In this document: one piece after another, positions 29,760 to 45,075 of the stretch
Layout of the letters: every line of letters begins with the position of its first letter
Position numbering within the stretch: the first letter of the stretch is position 1
Source: an uncultured Chloroflexia bacterium
GTDB taxonomy: Bacteria > Chloroflexota > Anaerolineae > JAAYZQ01
Assembly (NCBI GenBank): GCA_963700285.1
Contig: CAVOXA010000010.1
Span: forward strand, 2,088,724 to 2,152,723
DNA: 64,000 nt
Direction: 5' to 3'
The notes under the pieces: generated by a model
Database searches by the model: none
Seen by the model: only the letters and a program-made list of their open reading frames with translations
Told to the model about the DNA's origin: nothing
Translations under genes and position numbers: made by a program

Positions 29760-30771
29760 CTACTTTTGTCCGGGAGATGGCATAGTCGGCCAGGGCGTGC
29801 AGCATGGACCGCGTCTCCGCTGTCGGGCAGGGGGGCCAGGGCAGCCTTGCTCTGGACGATGAACTCGCGCGCTCGTTCCATCGCCTGATCCACGGCCCCC
29901 GACTCGCGGATGGCAGTCGACCACCTCGCGCACCAGGTCGTCGTCACGCGCCGTCGCGCACAACAGCCGCACCCTTTCGTCGTCGGGATGAGTCCTGCAG
30001 GTAGTAGAGCACCGGCAGGGTCACGATCCCCTCGCGCAGGTCGCTGCCCACCGGCTTGCCCAGCACGCCTTCGTCGCCCCGAAAGTCGAGCACATCGTCG
30101 ATGATCTGAAAGCCCATGCCCAGGAAGCTGCCCATAGTCACGCAGGGCGATCAACTCGGCTTCGGGCGCGCTCACCCAGCACCGCCGCCGCCTCGGTGGC
30201 TCGCCGCAAAGAGGGAGGCGGTCTTGGCGTGGATGCGCTGGTCGTAGTGGTCCAGGGCCGCCTGCCAGGACTGCTCGTCGTCGAGGCGGGGCAGTTCGTG
30301 GCGGTCAAAGATCTGGCGCAGTTCGCCGCTGCAGATGGTCATCAGCGTGTCGGCAAAGATCGCCATCACCCGCACGTGGTCGGTTTCGGCGGCCAGGGCC
30401 GCCGCCCGGGCAAAGAGATAGTCGCCGGTCAGCACGGTGGCGCCCGGTGCTCCAGCGGGCATTCAGGGTGGGATTGCCCCGCCGCAGCAGCGCGCCGTCG
30501 ATCAGATCGTCGTGGACCAGGGTGGCGGTGTGCAGCATCTCGACCGACGCGGCCAGGGACACCAGCTTGTCCGATGTCAGATCCGGCGGCCGTATAGAAG
30601 CTGCCGGCCAGCAGGGCCAGGGCCGGGCGCAGGCGCTTGCCGCCGCTATCCAACAGATGCTGCAGAACCGCTGTCAAGTTGCGGATAGTCGGGATGCACC
30701 GGCTCGCGCATTTTGCGCTCCACCCGCTCCAGATCGGCTGCCAGCGGCTCCAGTAAAGGGATCGTCTTCAA
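29760..30771 (-). CDS. Polyprenyl diphosphate synthase, multiple frameshifts
   Basis: [55 protein letters not shown] across frames. Confidence 0.88.
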
Positions 30772-31652
30772 TCTACTTCTTCTCCCGATTCGATGTACGG
30801 AGTTCGATGTTCGATGTCCGTGGATCGACGTTCCTTCTCAGACATCGAAGGTCGAAGCTCGAACTGAAACAGACGCTGGGCGTTGGCCGTCGTCGCCTCT
30901 GCCAGTTCGTCCAATGATATGCCTCTCAGGTCCGCGATGCGCTCGGCCACCAGCCGGACGTAGGCCGGCTCGTTGCGCTTGCCCCGGTGGGGATGCGGCG
31001 CCAGGAAAGGGCAATCGGTCTCCACCAGGAGGCGGTCCAGCGGCAGCGCCTGCACAATGTCGGGCAGCTGGCGCGCGTTCTTGTAGGTCACCGGCCCCGA
31101 GATCGAGATGTAGAAGCCCAGTTCGATGGCCCGCTCGGCCATGGCCAGGTCGCCGGAGAAGGTATGCAGCACTCCCAGCCGCCCGGCCAGAGCGCTGAAC
31201 CCTGCAGCCCCGCTGCCCAGTCGGCCAGGATGTCCATGATCTCGTCGTGGGCATCGCGGTCGTGGATGACCACCGGCTTGCCCAGCTTGGCCGGCCCAGG
31301 CCAAGTTGAGCCCGAAAGGCCCGCCGCTGCACGTCGCGGGGCGACCGGTCCCGGTAGAAGTCCAGCCCAATCTCCCCCACGGCCACGACCTTGGGCTGCT
31401 GGGCCAGCGTCGCGCAGTTCGGCCAGCGCCGCGCCATCCAGCTTCTTGGCGTCGTGAGGGATGCATCCCCACGGCAGCATAGATCCGCTCGTACTCCGCC
31501 GCCAGCGCGACGGCCCGCCGGCTGGAGGCCAGATCGGTCCCGACGTTGACAATGGCTGCCACACCGGCCGCTCGGGCCCGCTCGATGACAGCCTCCCGGT
31601 CGGCGTCAAACTGGCGAAAGTCGAGGTGGGCGTGGGTGTCAACCAGGTTCAC
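30768..31652 (-). CDS. tatD: TatD-family hydrolase, internal compensating frameshifts
   Basis: DTHAHLD, AVGEIGLD (alternative frame), VIHDRDA, HTFSG, LLVETDCPFLAP, NEPAYV. Confidence 0.9.
   Translation of the reverse strand: MNLVDTHAHLDFRQFDADREAVIERARAAGVAAIVNVGTDLASSRRAVALAAEYERIYAAVGMHPSRRQEAGWRGAGRTARRWPSSPRSWPWGRLGWTSTGTGRPATCSGGPFGLNLAWAGQAGQAGGHPRPRCPRRDHGHPGRLGSGAAGFSALAGRLGVLHTFSGDLAMAERAIELGFYISISGPVTYKNARQLPDIVQALPLDRLLVETDCPFLAPHPHRGKRNEPAYVRLVAERIADLRGISLDELAEATTANAQRLFQFELRPSMSEKERRSTDIEHRTPYIESGEEVD
30789..30863. repeat. Inverted TTCGATG/TCGAAG heptamer-like array at the tatD 3' end
   Basis: TTCGATG copies at about 30789, 30803 and 30810, facing CATCGAAG-GTCGAAG-CTCGAAC at 30843-63. 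Confidence 0.65.
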
Positions 31653-31677
31653 GATTTCATCCCGCTTGCGGTCTGCC

Positions 31678-33106
31678 CTAATCCTCTTTCAGCCCAGCAA
31701 TGCGCAGCCCATCCTCCAGGATCGGCTGGACCCGTTCCTCCTCCGTCGTCTCGCAGTAGACGCGCAGGATCGGCTCGGTGCCTGAGAAGCGGATGAGCAG
31801 CCAGCCACCATCAGCCAGGCCGAACTTGAAGCCGTCGGTCGTGTCCAGGCCGGTCACTGCCAGCCCACCGATGGTGGCCGGGTTGGCGTCCAGGATCCGC
31901 TGCCGGGTGGCCTCGCGCTGGTCGGCCGGGAAACGGCTGTCAATGCGGTCGTAGTAGTGGGCGCCCACCTGGCTGTAGAGGTGCTCGATGAGCTGCGATG
32001 GTGTCTTGCCCATGCGCACCATCAGGTCCAGGATGTAGAGTCCGGCCAGGATGCCATCGCGCTCGGGCACGTGGCCCCGGAAGGCATAGCCGCCGCTTTC
32101 CTCGCCGCCGATGAGGGCATCGGTTTCCAGCATCTTGGGCGCCACGTACTTGAAGCCCACGCCGGTCTGGTAGACCGGCACATCATAGATCTTGCCCAAC
32201 TTTTCCAGCATCGAGGTCGTGGACAGGGTCTTGACGATGGGCCCGCGCTCGCCTCGCACCTCCAGGAAATACATGGCCAGCAGGGCATAGACCTGGAGTT
32301 GGTTGACAAATTGCCCATGCTCGTCGCCGATGCCCACCCGGTCGGCATCGCCGTCGTTGATGATGGCCACGTCGGCGCCCACCTCCAGCACCTTGGCCAG
32401 GCCCACGTCCACGTTGGGCGGGATCGGCTCGGGGCGGCTCATCTCTGGGAAGAGCGGGTTGCGCTCGGCGTGGATCTCGACGATGCGCGTCTTGCCGCCG
32501 CCCAGAATGCGGGGGAACCAGCCCGCGCCGTTGCCCCACATGGCATCCACCAGCACGGTGAGCCCGGCATCCTTGATGGGCTGTACGTCGATCAGCCGCT
32601 CGATCTGGGCCAGGTAGGCCGGCGCCGGGATCAAAGTAGGTCGACTGTCCCCTGGGCCAGAGCGTCCTCCAGGGCGACGCGCTTGACCCCTTCGATGTCG
32701 GGAATGCGATGCTCGATCTCTACCAGTCCGTCGGGGGCAATGGCCCCGCCGTGCTCGTCGCGCACCTTGAAACCATTGTCCGGTAGGCGGATTGTGGCTG
32801 GCGGTGACGTTGACCGCCCCAGCTGCTCCCTGGGCCACCACCGCATAAGAGATGACGGGCGTCGGTGTCGCTCCATCGGTCAGCAGAACGCGAAAGCCAT
32901 TGGCCGCCAGCACCTCGGCCACAGCGGCGGCAAAGTGCTCCGCGGCGAAACGTTTGTCGTGTCCGACGACGATTCTTCTCGCCCTCTTTGCCCTGGGCCA
33001 GCATGTAGGAGGCAAACCCCTGGGCACAGCGGCGTACGTTGTCAAAGGTATAGTCCTCGGCGACACGGCCCCGCCAGCCGTCGGTGCCAAAGCGAATGTC
33101 AGTCAT
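31678..33106 (-). CDS. Phosphoglucomutase/phosphomannomutase, frameshifted
   Basis: [35 protein letters not shown]. Confidence 0.92.
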
Positions 33107-33117
33107 GAATCCCCTCC

Positions 33118-34096
<979 letters not shown>

Positions 34097-34101
34097 CGAT
34101 C

Positions 34102-35089
34102 CTATCCCAGGGTATCTGTCGGGCAGTTGCCTGCCTTTTTCATCTCTGCGCGCCAGTAGTCCAGGATATCATCCAAGCTCTGCTCAAAGGGGATCGTCGG
34201 CCTGCCAACCGGTACGCTCGCGGATCCGGGTAGCATCGCAGACAACCTCCGGCACGTCCGACGGACGCATCCGCTCCGGATCCTGCCGCACCTCGATGGG
34301 CACCCTGGCTCATCGCCAGCAGGAGTGTCCAGCACCTCCTGGATGGCATGGGATTCGCCCGAACCCACATTGTACACCTGTCCCGGCTCGCCGCAGGTGA
34401 TGAGCAATACATAGGCCCGAACCACATCGCGCACATCGCTAAAATCGCGACGGGCTTCCAGATTGCCCACCTCCATGACGGGGGGCTGCAGTCCCAATTC
34501 AACAGCGGCGATCTGGCTGGCAAAATCAGGAGCCACAAAGCCAAGGCGCTGCCGGGGACCGATGTGATTAAAGGGTCGCGCCCGAACGACGTGCAGTTTG
34601 TGGGTCAGATGGTACTGCAGCCCCAGCAGATCCTGGGCCACCTTGCTGATGGCATAGGCGCTCAGGGGGCGCAGGGGCGTGTCCTCGTCAATGGGCAGAT
34701 CCTGTGGCGAGACCAGACCATACTCCTCGCCAGAGCCGACCACCAACACCCGGCAGTCGGGATTGACCTGGACTACCCCCTCCAGAACGTTGAGCTTGCA
34801 TGCGAATATTGGTTTCCAGCGTGCCCCACGGATCGCGGTGCGAGGCGGACACGAGTGGCTGCGCTGCCAGGTGAAAGATAACGTCCGGCTGCGCTTGCTC
34901 CAGAATAAAGGTCATCACGTCCAGGCGAGAAAGCTCAGCCGGGTATAGCTCCAACTGGCCACAGAGATCGGCAATATTGCCGTACGGCCCAAAGACCGTG
35001 CCGGCTACCTCCCAGTCGGTGGTCTCGAGCAGGTACTCGGCCAGATGACTGCCCACAAATCCAGAGATGCCGGTGATGAGTGCTTTCAA
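34102..35089 (-). CDS. rmd: GDP-4-keto-6-deoxy-D-mannose reductase-like SDR, frameshifted
   Basis: [55 protein letters not shown]; adjacent to gmd. Confidence 0.7.
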
Positions 35090-35453
35090 GACGTCCTCCG
35101 GCAGACAGGTCCGCTGAGTGGGATCTGGATCATCTGCAAAGCGCTGCATCCATGGAGCGCTCTTACCCCACGCTGCGCGGCCCATTATACCCTACTTTGG
35201 GTCTCACCGCAAAGGGGCAGGACCAGGGGGCCAACCAAGTGGCCAGTCATACCGTCAAGGCACTCACTGCGAGTAGATGATTGCAGGGCTGTGAGGCAAA
35301 GGGTTCAAGGGAATGCGAGTATTTCCAAGTCTTCTCTCCATTCTCCGCGATCTCTGGGCAAAGATACGTGGAACTACCAAGACCTAGCGGTTGCGGACTT
35401 GGGCAATTGGTGCTATAATAGGGCGATAGCTGGACAGGAGATAACGATCTATC

Positions 35454-36869
35454 ATGCTAAATAACAGTGCAGAAGAGGCAGTTTCTTCTAGTTCTCGCCA
35501 AAAACGAAGACAGGGAGGAGGGCTGCGGCCCTGGATGCTGGGCCTGCTCGTATTGGTCGCCGCCTTTCTGCTGGTGGTGCTGGGCGCATTGCAGGGATGG
35601 TTCAAGACCCCCGAGGTCAGCGAGGTAGCATGGCTGCAAGACTCCGCACTCGCCAAGGCATTGGCAACGGCCACCCCCACCCCCGTCCCGACGCCAACCT
35701 TGATGCCTAGCGAGGTTGCAGCCCAGTTCATACCTCAATTAGAGGGAGCGCTGGAGCACGAAACCTGGGTCCGCGTTCTGGAGATCGTCGCGATCATGCA
35801 GGCCGTAGACATGAACGGCGAGCAAGTACGCCAGTGGTCCGGCAAAGCGCACCAGCAGTACGGTCAGGCTCTGGTAGAGGCTGGCCAAGAGGATGAGGCC
35901 CAGGCCCAATTTGATGAGGCTGTTGCGCAGGATCCCGCAAACGAAACTGCCCTATTGTGGCAGGACGCGACAACACGATACCGGGCAGGCAGGGAAGCTT
36001 TCAATGCTGGTGAATGGGATGAGGCCATCAAGGCTTTCAAGCAGGTCGACAAGCGTATCCAGGGCTACAGCGATGTCTTTGTATACCTGACCAATAGCTA
36101 CCACCACAAGGGCCAAAGGGCCATCGAGCAGGAAGACTGGTCCGTAGCCCTCGATTCCTTGCACCAGGCGATTGAGCGGACACCCAAGGATGCTCCCTCG
36201 GCAGCCGAGTTGGCAGGGCTCTTGTCAGTGGCCTATCGCGGCCAGGCTGGCGTGGCCATGGGCAGGGAGAATTGGACCGGCGCCATCGAGGTATTGAGCG
36301 AGGCCAGGGAGCAGCTCCCCAAGGATCAGGACGTGGTGGACCTCTTGGGGCAAGCCTATCGCCAGCGGGGCATCGCCCAGCAGGAAGAGGTCAAGCTCAA
36401 GCCAGCCAAGGCTGACCTGGAGATGGCGCTGACCCTCCGGCCCAATGACGAGAATGCGCAGAAGCACCTAGACCGCGTCAAATACCTCCTCTCCAAAAAG
36501 ATCGAAATAGACATCTCCAAGCAGCGCATGTATGTCTGGAAAGACGAAAAGCTGGTCTACAGTTGGAAAGTATCGACCGGCCTCCGCGGGCGAGACACTT
36601 CCACGGGCCGCTTCCAGGTGCTTGACAAGATACCGATGGCTTACTCCAGGGTCTGGCGCCTAAAGATGCCCTACTGGCTGGGCATCTACTGGGTCCAGGG
36701 CATCGAAAACGGTATCCACGCCTTGCCCATCCGGCCCGACGGTAGTATCATGTGGGGAGGACTCTTGGGCCAGAAGGCTTCCTATGGCTGCGTCATCTTG
36801 AGCAAGGCGGCGGCCAAGCAACTGTACGACTGGGCCGACATCGGCACGCAGGTACACATTCACCAATAG
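35454..36869 (+). CDS. Membrane-anchored TPR-repeat protein with a C-terminal L,D-transpeptidase (YkuD) domain
   Basis: Single TM, P/T linker, TPR-like helices, IEIDISKQRMY..VSTG..MPYW..GIHAL..SYGCV. TGCTATAAT at 35411. Confidence 0.88.
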   Translation: MLNNSAEEAVSSSSRQKRRQGGGLRPWMLGLLVLVAAFLLVVLGALQGWFKTPEVSEVAWLQDSALAKALATATPTPVPTPTLMPSEVAAQFIPQLEGALEHETWVRVLEIVAIMQAVDMNGEQVRQWSGKAHQQYGQALVEAGQEDEAQAQFDEAVAQDPANETALLWQDATTRYRAGREAFNAGEWDEAIKAFKQVDKRIQGYSDVFVYLTNSYHHKGQRAIEQEDWSVALDSLHQAIERTPKDAPSAAELAGLLSVAYRGQAGVAMGRENWTGAIEVLSEAREQLPKDQDVVDLLGQAYRQRGIAQQEEVKLKPAKADLEMALTLRPNDENAQKHLDRVKYLLSKKIEIDISKQRMYVWKDEKLVYSWKVSTGLRGRDTSTGRFQVLDKIPMAYSRVWRLKMPYWLGIYWVQGIENGIHALPIRPDGSIMWGGLLGQKASYGCVILSKAAAKQLYDWADIGTQVHIHQ

Positions 36870-37021
36870 ATGACAAAAGCCGCGGCCACTGCCGTGGCAA
36901 TTCGCTCTCCTGCAGACCAGGCCTCCGGACGCTGTCACGCCTGTCGGCGCGTCGGTACCGGGCGACCGGCTCACTATGCAGCCTGCGCAGGAACAGCATC
37001 TGACATTAGGAGGCATAGCCA

Positions 37022-38219
37022 ATGAGTATGGATGTGGGCCAATTGACCCAGATGACCACCTGGCTGGATGAGGAACACCGCCGCGACAAGGCGGAACTCA
37101 TCAGGCTGCAGCAACGAGTCGAAAGCCAGGAAGGTGAACTGCAAGACCAGTCTCGCCTCATCAAGGATCTGGAAGGCCGCATGGTCAGCATGCAGGCCCA
37201 ATTGCTCAGATTCTCCCAGATTGAGACGGCCCTGCAGCAGCTCAAGGATGAAGTGGTGCAGATGTTCGCCCAGGCCGACGAGCGCCGCCAGCAGGAGGCG
37301 CGGGAAGCGGAACGGGTGCGGGCCATCGAGCGCGACAATGTCTCCAAGGCGTTGAACGAGATCCGCCGCGATCTGCAGCGCCTGCCCCGCATCGACGAGG
37401 AGTTGGGCCTGCGCAAGGCAGAACAGAACCGCGTGGGCGAATCGGTGCTGAACATGCAGCAGGAACTCAACACCCTCAAGCAAGGAGGTCGAGAACAAGG
37501 TGCGCGGCATCCCCTTCCTGGAGGATGGTCGCCAGCAGGATGCCAAGCGGATCGCCCGCCTGCAGCAGGAGTCGCTGGAGGCACTGAAGCGCATCGAGCA
37601 GCAGGGTTCGCGCCTGCAGATGATCGAAGATGTGATGCAGCGCCAGGAGCGGGACACAGGGGAGCTAAAGGAATTGTTTCCCCAACTGCGCGTGGCACAA
37701 CGGGAGTTCATCGAGGGACAATTGCTGGAGACCGAGCAGGTCAAACGCCAGATGGCAGAGTGGATCGAGACGCTGGAGTGTACAGGTCAAAAAGATGGAC
37801 GAGCATTCCGCCCGCATGCAGGAGTTTACGGAAGCATTCCGCGAGGACCGCCAGGTGGTTGGCAACGTCGAGCGTTTCCAGGAGCAGATCCGGCGAGAGC
37901 AGACCCAGGTCTCCGAATTGCAGCGCCTGAGCGAGGAGCGCCAGAAACGCCAGTTGGAGCAGTGGCAGGAAGAGAACGAGAAACGCTGGAGAAAAGAGCT
38001 CCTGCGCTGGGACCACCAGTGGGGCGAGCAAGCCAAACGCAACCAGCAGGCTGGCGTTCGGTTTCTCGAATTGGAAGGTCGGCTGGCAGCGCCACCGGAT
38101 CGAGATCGACGGCGGCGTGGAAGTTCCTGGAATCGCAGATCACCTACCAGACCCAGGAATCGCGCCGCTGGCTGGGCGAGATGACCCGGCTGCTGGAGGC
38201 GCGGCCCAAGAAGGAATGA
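37022..38219 (+). CDS. Long coiled-coil hypothetical protein, about 3 frameshifts
   Basis: E/Q/R/L-rich heptad-like sequence across ORFs 37022, 37500 and 37795; AGGAGG SD; stop overlaps the selB start. Confidence 0.75.
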
Positions 38220-40150
38220 GGTCAGTGCGCGTAATCGGAACAGCAGGCCACGTGGATCATGGCAAGTCTACGCTGGTCCATGCCCTGACCGGGATCGATC
38301 CAGACCGGCTCAAGGAAGAAAAAGAGCGGGAGATGACCATCGACCTGGGCTTTGCCTGGCTGACACTGCCCAGCGGCGAGCGGGTCGGCATCGTGGACGT
38401 GCCGGGCCACAAGGATTTTATCAAGAACATGCTGGCCGGTGTGGGCGGCATCGACGCCGCCCTCTTTGTCGTTGCTGCCGACGAAGGGGTGATGCCCCAG
38501 ACCCGCGAGCACCTGGCCATTCTCGATCTGCTGCAGGTGCCGGGCGGCGTGGTGGCGCTGACCAAGGTGGACATGGCCGAGGACGAGGACTGGCTGGAGC
38601 TGGTGGAGGCCGATCTGCTGGACGTGCTGGAGGGCACAGTCCTGGATGGGGCGGCAATGGTGCGCTGCTCGGCGCGAACGGGGGAGGGACTCGAGACGTT
38701 GATGGCCGAACTGGACCGCTACCTGGCCACGAGCGCACCCCGCCGCGACATGGGACGCCCCCGCCTGCCGGTGGATCGGGTGTTCACCATCGCCGGTTTT
38801 GGCACCGTGGTCACCGGTACGCTGAGCGACGGCACGCTCACGACCGGCCAGGAAGTCGAGATCCAGCCCTCAGGGCTCAAAGCTCGCATCCGGGGGTTGC
38901 AGACTCACAAAGAAAAGATCGAGCCGGCCGTACCCGGCAGTCGCGTGGCCATCAACCTGACCGGGGTGAGCATAGACGATGTCACTCGTGGTGACGTCGT
39001 GACGACGCCGGGCTGGCTGCGACCGACGACGCTGGTGGACTGCCACCTGCGCTACCTGGCCGACGCGCCTCTCCCCCTGAAGCACAATGCGGCGGTGGAT
39101 TTCTTCAGCGGGGCCGCCGAGACCCCAGGCCCGGGTGCGCCTGCTTGGCGAGAAGGTCCTGGCTCCCGGCGAGGAAGGCTGGGTGCAGATCCGCCTGGAA
39201 AAGCCGGTGGCCCTGGTCAAGGGCGATCGGTTCATCATCCGCCAGCCATCGCCCAGCGTGACCATCGGCGGCGGCAGGGTTGTCAACCCCTTCCCTGGAC
39301 GCCGCCATCGCCGCTTCCGGCCCGAGGTGATCGAGCGACTGGAGACCCTGGCCCACGGCACGCCTGAGGAGATCCTGTTACAGGCCCTGGAGCGGTAGCA
39401 GCCGTGTGAGGTGCGAGATCTGCTAGGGCAGGCAAGTCTCGCGCGGCAGCAAGCAAAGGATTCGCTGCAACTCTCGTAGAGGAGGGTCAGGCCCTGGTGT
39501 TCGATGCGTTCAAAGCCTGCCTGTCACCTATTCCGGATTCCAGCTTTCTGATCAGCCGTTCGGGCTGGGGTGCGCAGCGGGAACGGATTGAGGCCCTCTT
39601 GGGCGACTACCATCACCAGTTCCCCCTGCGGGCCGGCATGCCTCGCGAGGAGGTCAAGAGCCGGATGGTGCGTTACCTTCCGTCCTTGACGCCCAGGCTT
39701 TTCAACGAGATGCTGGGCCAGGCCATGGAGGAAGGCTGGCTCTCCGAGGCCGGGCCTGCCGCAGACCGGGTCCGTCTGACCATCCACCAGCCAACCCTCG
39801 CACCCAAACAGCAACAGGCTGTGGACTATTTGCTCTACACGTTCCGCCAGACGCCCTACACCACTCCCTCGGTAGCTCAGTGTGAGGAGCAGATTGGCAG
39901 CGAGGTCCTGAACTCCCTCATCGAGCAGGGCCAGTTGGTCAAGCTCAACGAGGATGTCATCCTTCTGACCGAGACCTATGAGGAGATGAAGGACCAGGTA
40001 GTGGCCCATCTGGAGGAACACCTTACCATCACCGTGGCCCAGGTCCGGGACATCTTTGAAACCAGCCGCAAGTACGCCCTGGCCCTGCTGGGCTACCTGG
40101 ACGAAAAGAGGATCACGCGTCGCGTGGGTGACGAGCGGGTCTTGCGCTAA
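38216..40150 (+). CDS. selB: Selenocysteine-specific elongation factor SelB, frameshifts and one in-frame TAG
   Basis: IGTAGHVDHGKS, EKEREMTIDLGF, DVPGH, DRVFTIAGFGTVVTGT; C-terminal winged helix TSRKYALALLGYLD..ITRRVGDER. Confidence 0.93.
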
Positions 40151-40228
40151 AGGTTCAGCGATTCAACTACAGACACACGCCGAGGGCCCTTTCAAGCATA
40201 ATTGCATCCCTAGTGGAGGGCTAAGCTG

Positions 40229-41014
40229 ATGGAGATCCGCATTGCGCTGGCCCAAATAGAGGTCTTACCGGGCCAGTTGGCTAGGAACTTTGATACCGCG
40301 CGGGAGGTTACGGCTCAGGCAGCTGGTCAAGGAATCGACCTGCTCATACTGCCTGAACTGTGGCCCACTGGCTATGATTTGGTCCAGGCCAGCGCCCATG
40401 CTTGTCCCCTGGACGAGGGTCCCTTTGCCCTGATGGCTGAGCTTGCACGAACGTATCAGATCTATATCACTGGCACGGCCTTGGAGGCCAACCCCAACGG
40501 GCATCCCTTCAACACAGCCGCACTCTATGGGCCGGAGGGCAATCGGATCGGCGCCTACCGAAAAGTCCATCTCTTTCCGCCCCTGGGTGAGGTCGAGCAC
40601 ATGGCTCCCGGCCAGGCATTACCAACCTTTGATCTGCCATGGGGCCGCATGGCCCTGGCCATCTGCTACGACTTGCGCTTTCCTGAATTGTGGCGGTCCT
40701 ATACTGATTCCGGGGCAGAACTCATCCTGATCCCTGCCGAGTGGCCGGTACAGCGCGTCGAGCACTGGCAGCTTTTGCTTCGAGCCCGAGCCGTGGAGAA
40801 CCAGTTTTTTGTCGCAGGCTGCAACCGGGTCGGCGCGGACACTGATGGAGAATACGGTGGGCATTCGGCCGTCATCGATCCCTGGGGACGGGTCCTGGTG
40901 GAAGGCGGGCTGGAGGCAGGCTTGTTCTTCGCTACGCTTGATCTGGATGAAGTGTCGCGTTCTCGCCGCCGTCTCCCCGCCCTGGATGGCCGGCGGCCAG
41001 AAGTATACAGTTAG
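40229..41014 (+). CDS. Carbon-nitrogen hydrolase (nitrilase family)
   Basis: LPELW, YRKVHLF, ICYDLRFPE, RARAVENQ. Confidence 0.92.
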   Translation: MEIRIALAQIEVLPGQLARNFDTAREVTAQAAGQGIDLLILPELWPTGYDLVQASAHACPLDEGPFALMAELARTYQIYITGTALEANPNGHPFNTAALYGPEGNRIGAYRKVHLFPPLGEVEHMAPGQALPTFDLPWGRMALAICYDLRFPELWRSYTDSGAELILIPAEWPVQRVEHWQLLLRARAVENQFFVAGCNRVGADTDGEYGGHSAVIDPWGRVLVEGGLEAGLFFATLDLDEVSRSRRRLPALDGRRPEVYS

Positions 41015-41044
41015 GAGGAACTATCCATCCGCAGTCCCCCATAC

Positions 41045-42022
41045 TTACTCTACCGGCTCAGCCACAACATAGATCCGTTCGGGGAAAGGCGCAACATTGG
41101 CGCCACTGCAGCTCACCAGTGTTAGGCGTTCAGAGCCTCCTGGGGAGAGAAAGCTCAAATGCTGGGTCAATTCGCCAAAGTTCTTGTGTTGCCACTTGAC
41201 CTTCTTTTTCGTCTTGACCTCGTAGGCGAACGTTTCTCCGGCGCTGTTGATGACGTATACTTTGCGACCGGGCTTGAGCCGGTTTAGTCTAGCAAAGACC
41301 CCTCTATAGCCATTGCCTTGGTTGTGGCCTACCAAGATCATGTTGCCCTCTTCACCCGGATAGGCCGAACCTTCCGAATGCCCAACCAGGTCCTTGCGAC
41401 CCGACCGGAACAGTTTTTTGGTATTCCACGTCTGGAGCCCTTTACTCTCGTCGCTTTCTCGGGCCAAATGAATGACTGAGCGGTTGATATCCAGGGCTGG
41501 GATCCGGATCTTGACCGGCGGTGGCGGAGATGCAACCGCAGGCATGGGGGCAAGCGTAGCCGCGGGCGAGTGCAGGACAGTAGCCGCCGGAGCAAAAGTT
41601 GGAACGGGGGCATCGCGAAGCACTGACACAACCATTCCAGTTGAGGCCAGCATAGGTGTAACAGTTGGTGATGAGGAAAACGTCGGGGTGGAGATTGTGA
41701 CGGCCGCCGCCGTAGGGGCAAGTTGGGGCAGGGTATTGGGCCGGGGCGTGGTGGTGGGCCAGGGCGTACTACTGATCTTGGCTGAAGCCATCCAGTCTAT
41801 GGTCGCTACAGGGAGTGGCGCGACATCCCCGGCTACCAGGTAGCGATCTTGGCCGATGAGCCAACTTATTAGCAAGCTATGACCAGCAAAAGTCATCGAT
41901 GCTACGAGAAAAAGCACCCCAAACCCGATGAGCGCGCTGGACGCCAATCGTCCAAAACCGGCACCTTGAACGACGGCGGGAACATAGTTGGGGTTCGCTG
42001 CCCTCCAGCCTCCAGATCTCAT
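41045..42022 (-). CDS. Sortase-family protein with N-terminal anchor and P/T-rich linker
   Basis: IRIPAL, VGH..SAYPGEEGNMILVGH, LTLVSC, ERIYVVA (H/C/R triad). ATG 42022 lies 6 nt after TATAAT. Confidence 0.88.
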   Translation of the reverse strand: MRSGGWRAANPNYVPAVVQGAGFGRLASSALIGFGVLFLVASMTFAGHSLLISWLIGQDRYLVAGDVAPLPVATIDWMASAKISSTPWPTTTPRPNTLPQLAPTAAAVTISTPTFSSSPTVTPMLASTGMVVSVLRDAPVPTFAPAATVLHSPAATLAPMPAVASPPPPVKIRIPALDINRSVIHLARESDESKGLQTWNTKKLFRSGRKDLVGHSEGSAYPGEEGNMILVGHNQGNGYRGVFARLNRLKPGRKVYVINSAGETFAYEVKTKKKVKWQHKNFGELTQHLSFLSPGGSERLTLVSCSGANVAPFPERIYVVAEPVE

Positions 42023-42501
42023 GCAGAGATTATACCCACTTGGGAACAATCCGTCAACTTGGAGCCAACCAGCACGGGGCCCTCCCCTGGTACTTGCCCC
42101 ATCCCCCTGGAAAGCAGTCTGGCGAAGGGAGGTTCAGTGCCCCAGACTACTCTGCAGGTACAGCCCGCACCCGTTGGTGCCCATCTCTTCCAGGATCATC
42201 TTCTCGGCGCGTTTGATGGCCACCTTCTGGCGGATGCCAACGCGCCACAAGGGCCGCAAACCCTGGTCCAGGCCGACCTGGAACATCGATCTCTTTCCAT
42301 CGAATCCACGGGTGATAGCTGATCCTATGGCTGGACCATACAGCCAACCCGTTGGAATGGCAATGCCGTCCGCGCCCGCAAGGCCATTCATACCGGCGAA
42401 TGGCGTTGTCCGGTTCTGAGCTGAATGGAACAAAGCGAGGGGCCTGATCTCTACGAGCAAGCCCCTCAGATATTGCTGGTCTCAACCGATTGATCTCTGG
42501 C

Positions 42502-45006
<2,505 letters not shown>

Positions 45007-45075
45007 AGTTCAAAACTCTCTTTCCAACCCCTCAGGGGCAGATCGGACTTGTCACGACTCTGCAAGGTCAGTTCG

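Noticed and set aside
39396-39398. In-frame TAG in selB as possible pyrrolysine or readthrough recoding
   Set aside because: It lies between frameshifts in an error-rich block, CAG (Gln) fits the context, and no pyl genes are in the window.
42134-42485. Short minus-strand ORFs between clpC and the sortase
   Set aside because: No recognisable motif or SD. Possibly a decayed gene, but unsupported.
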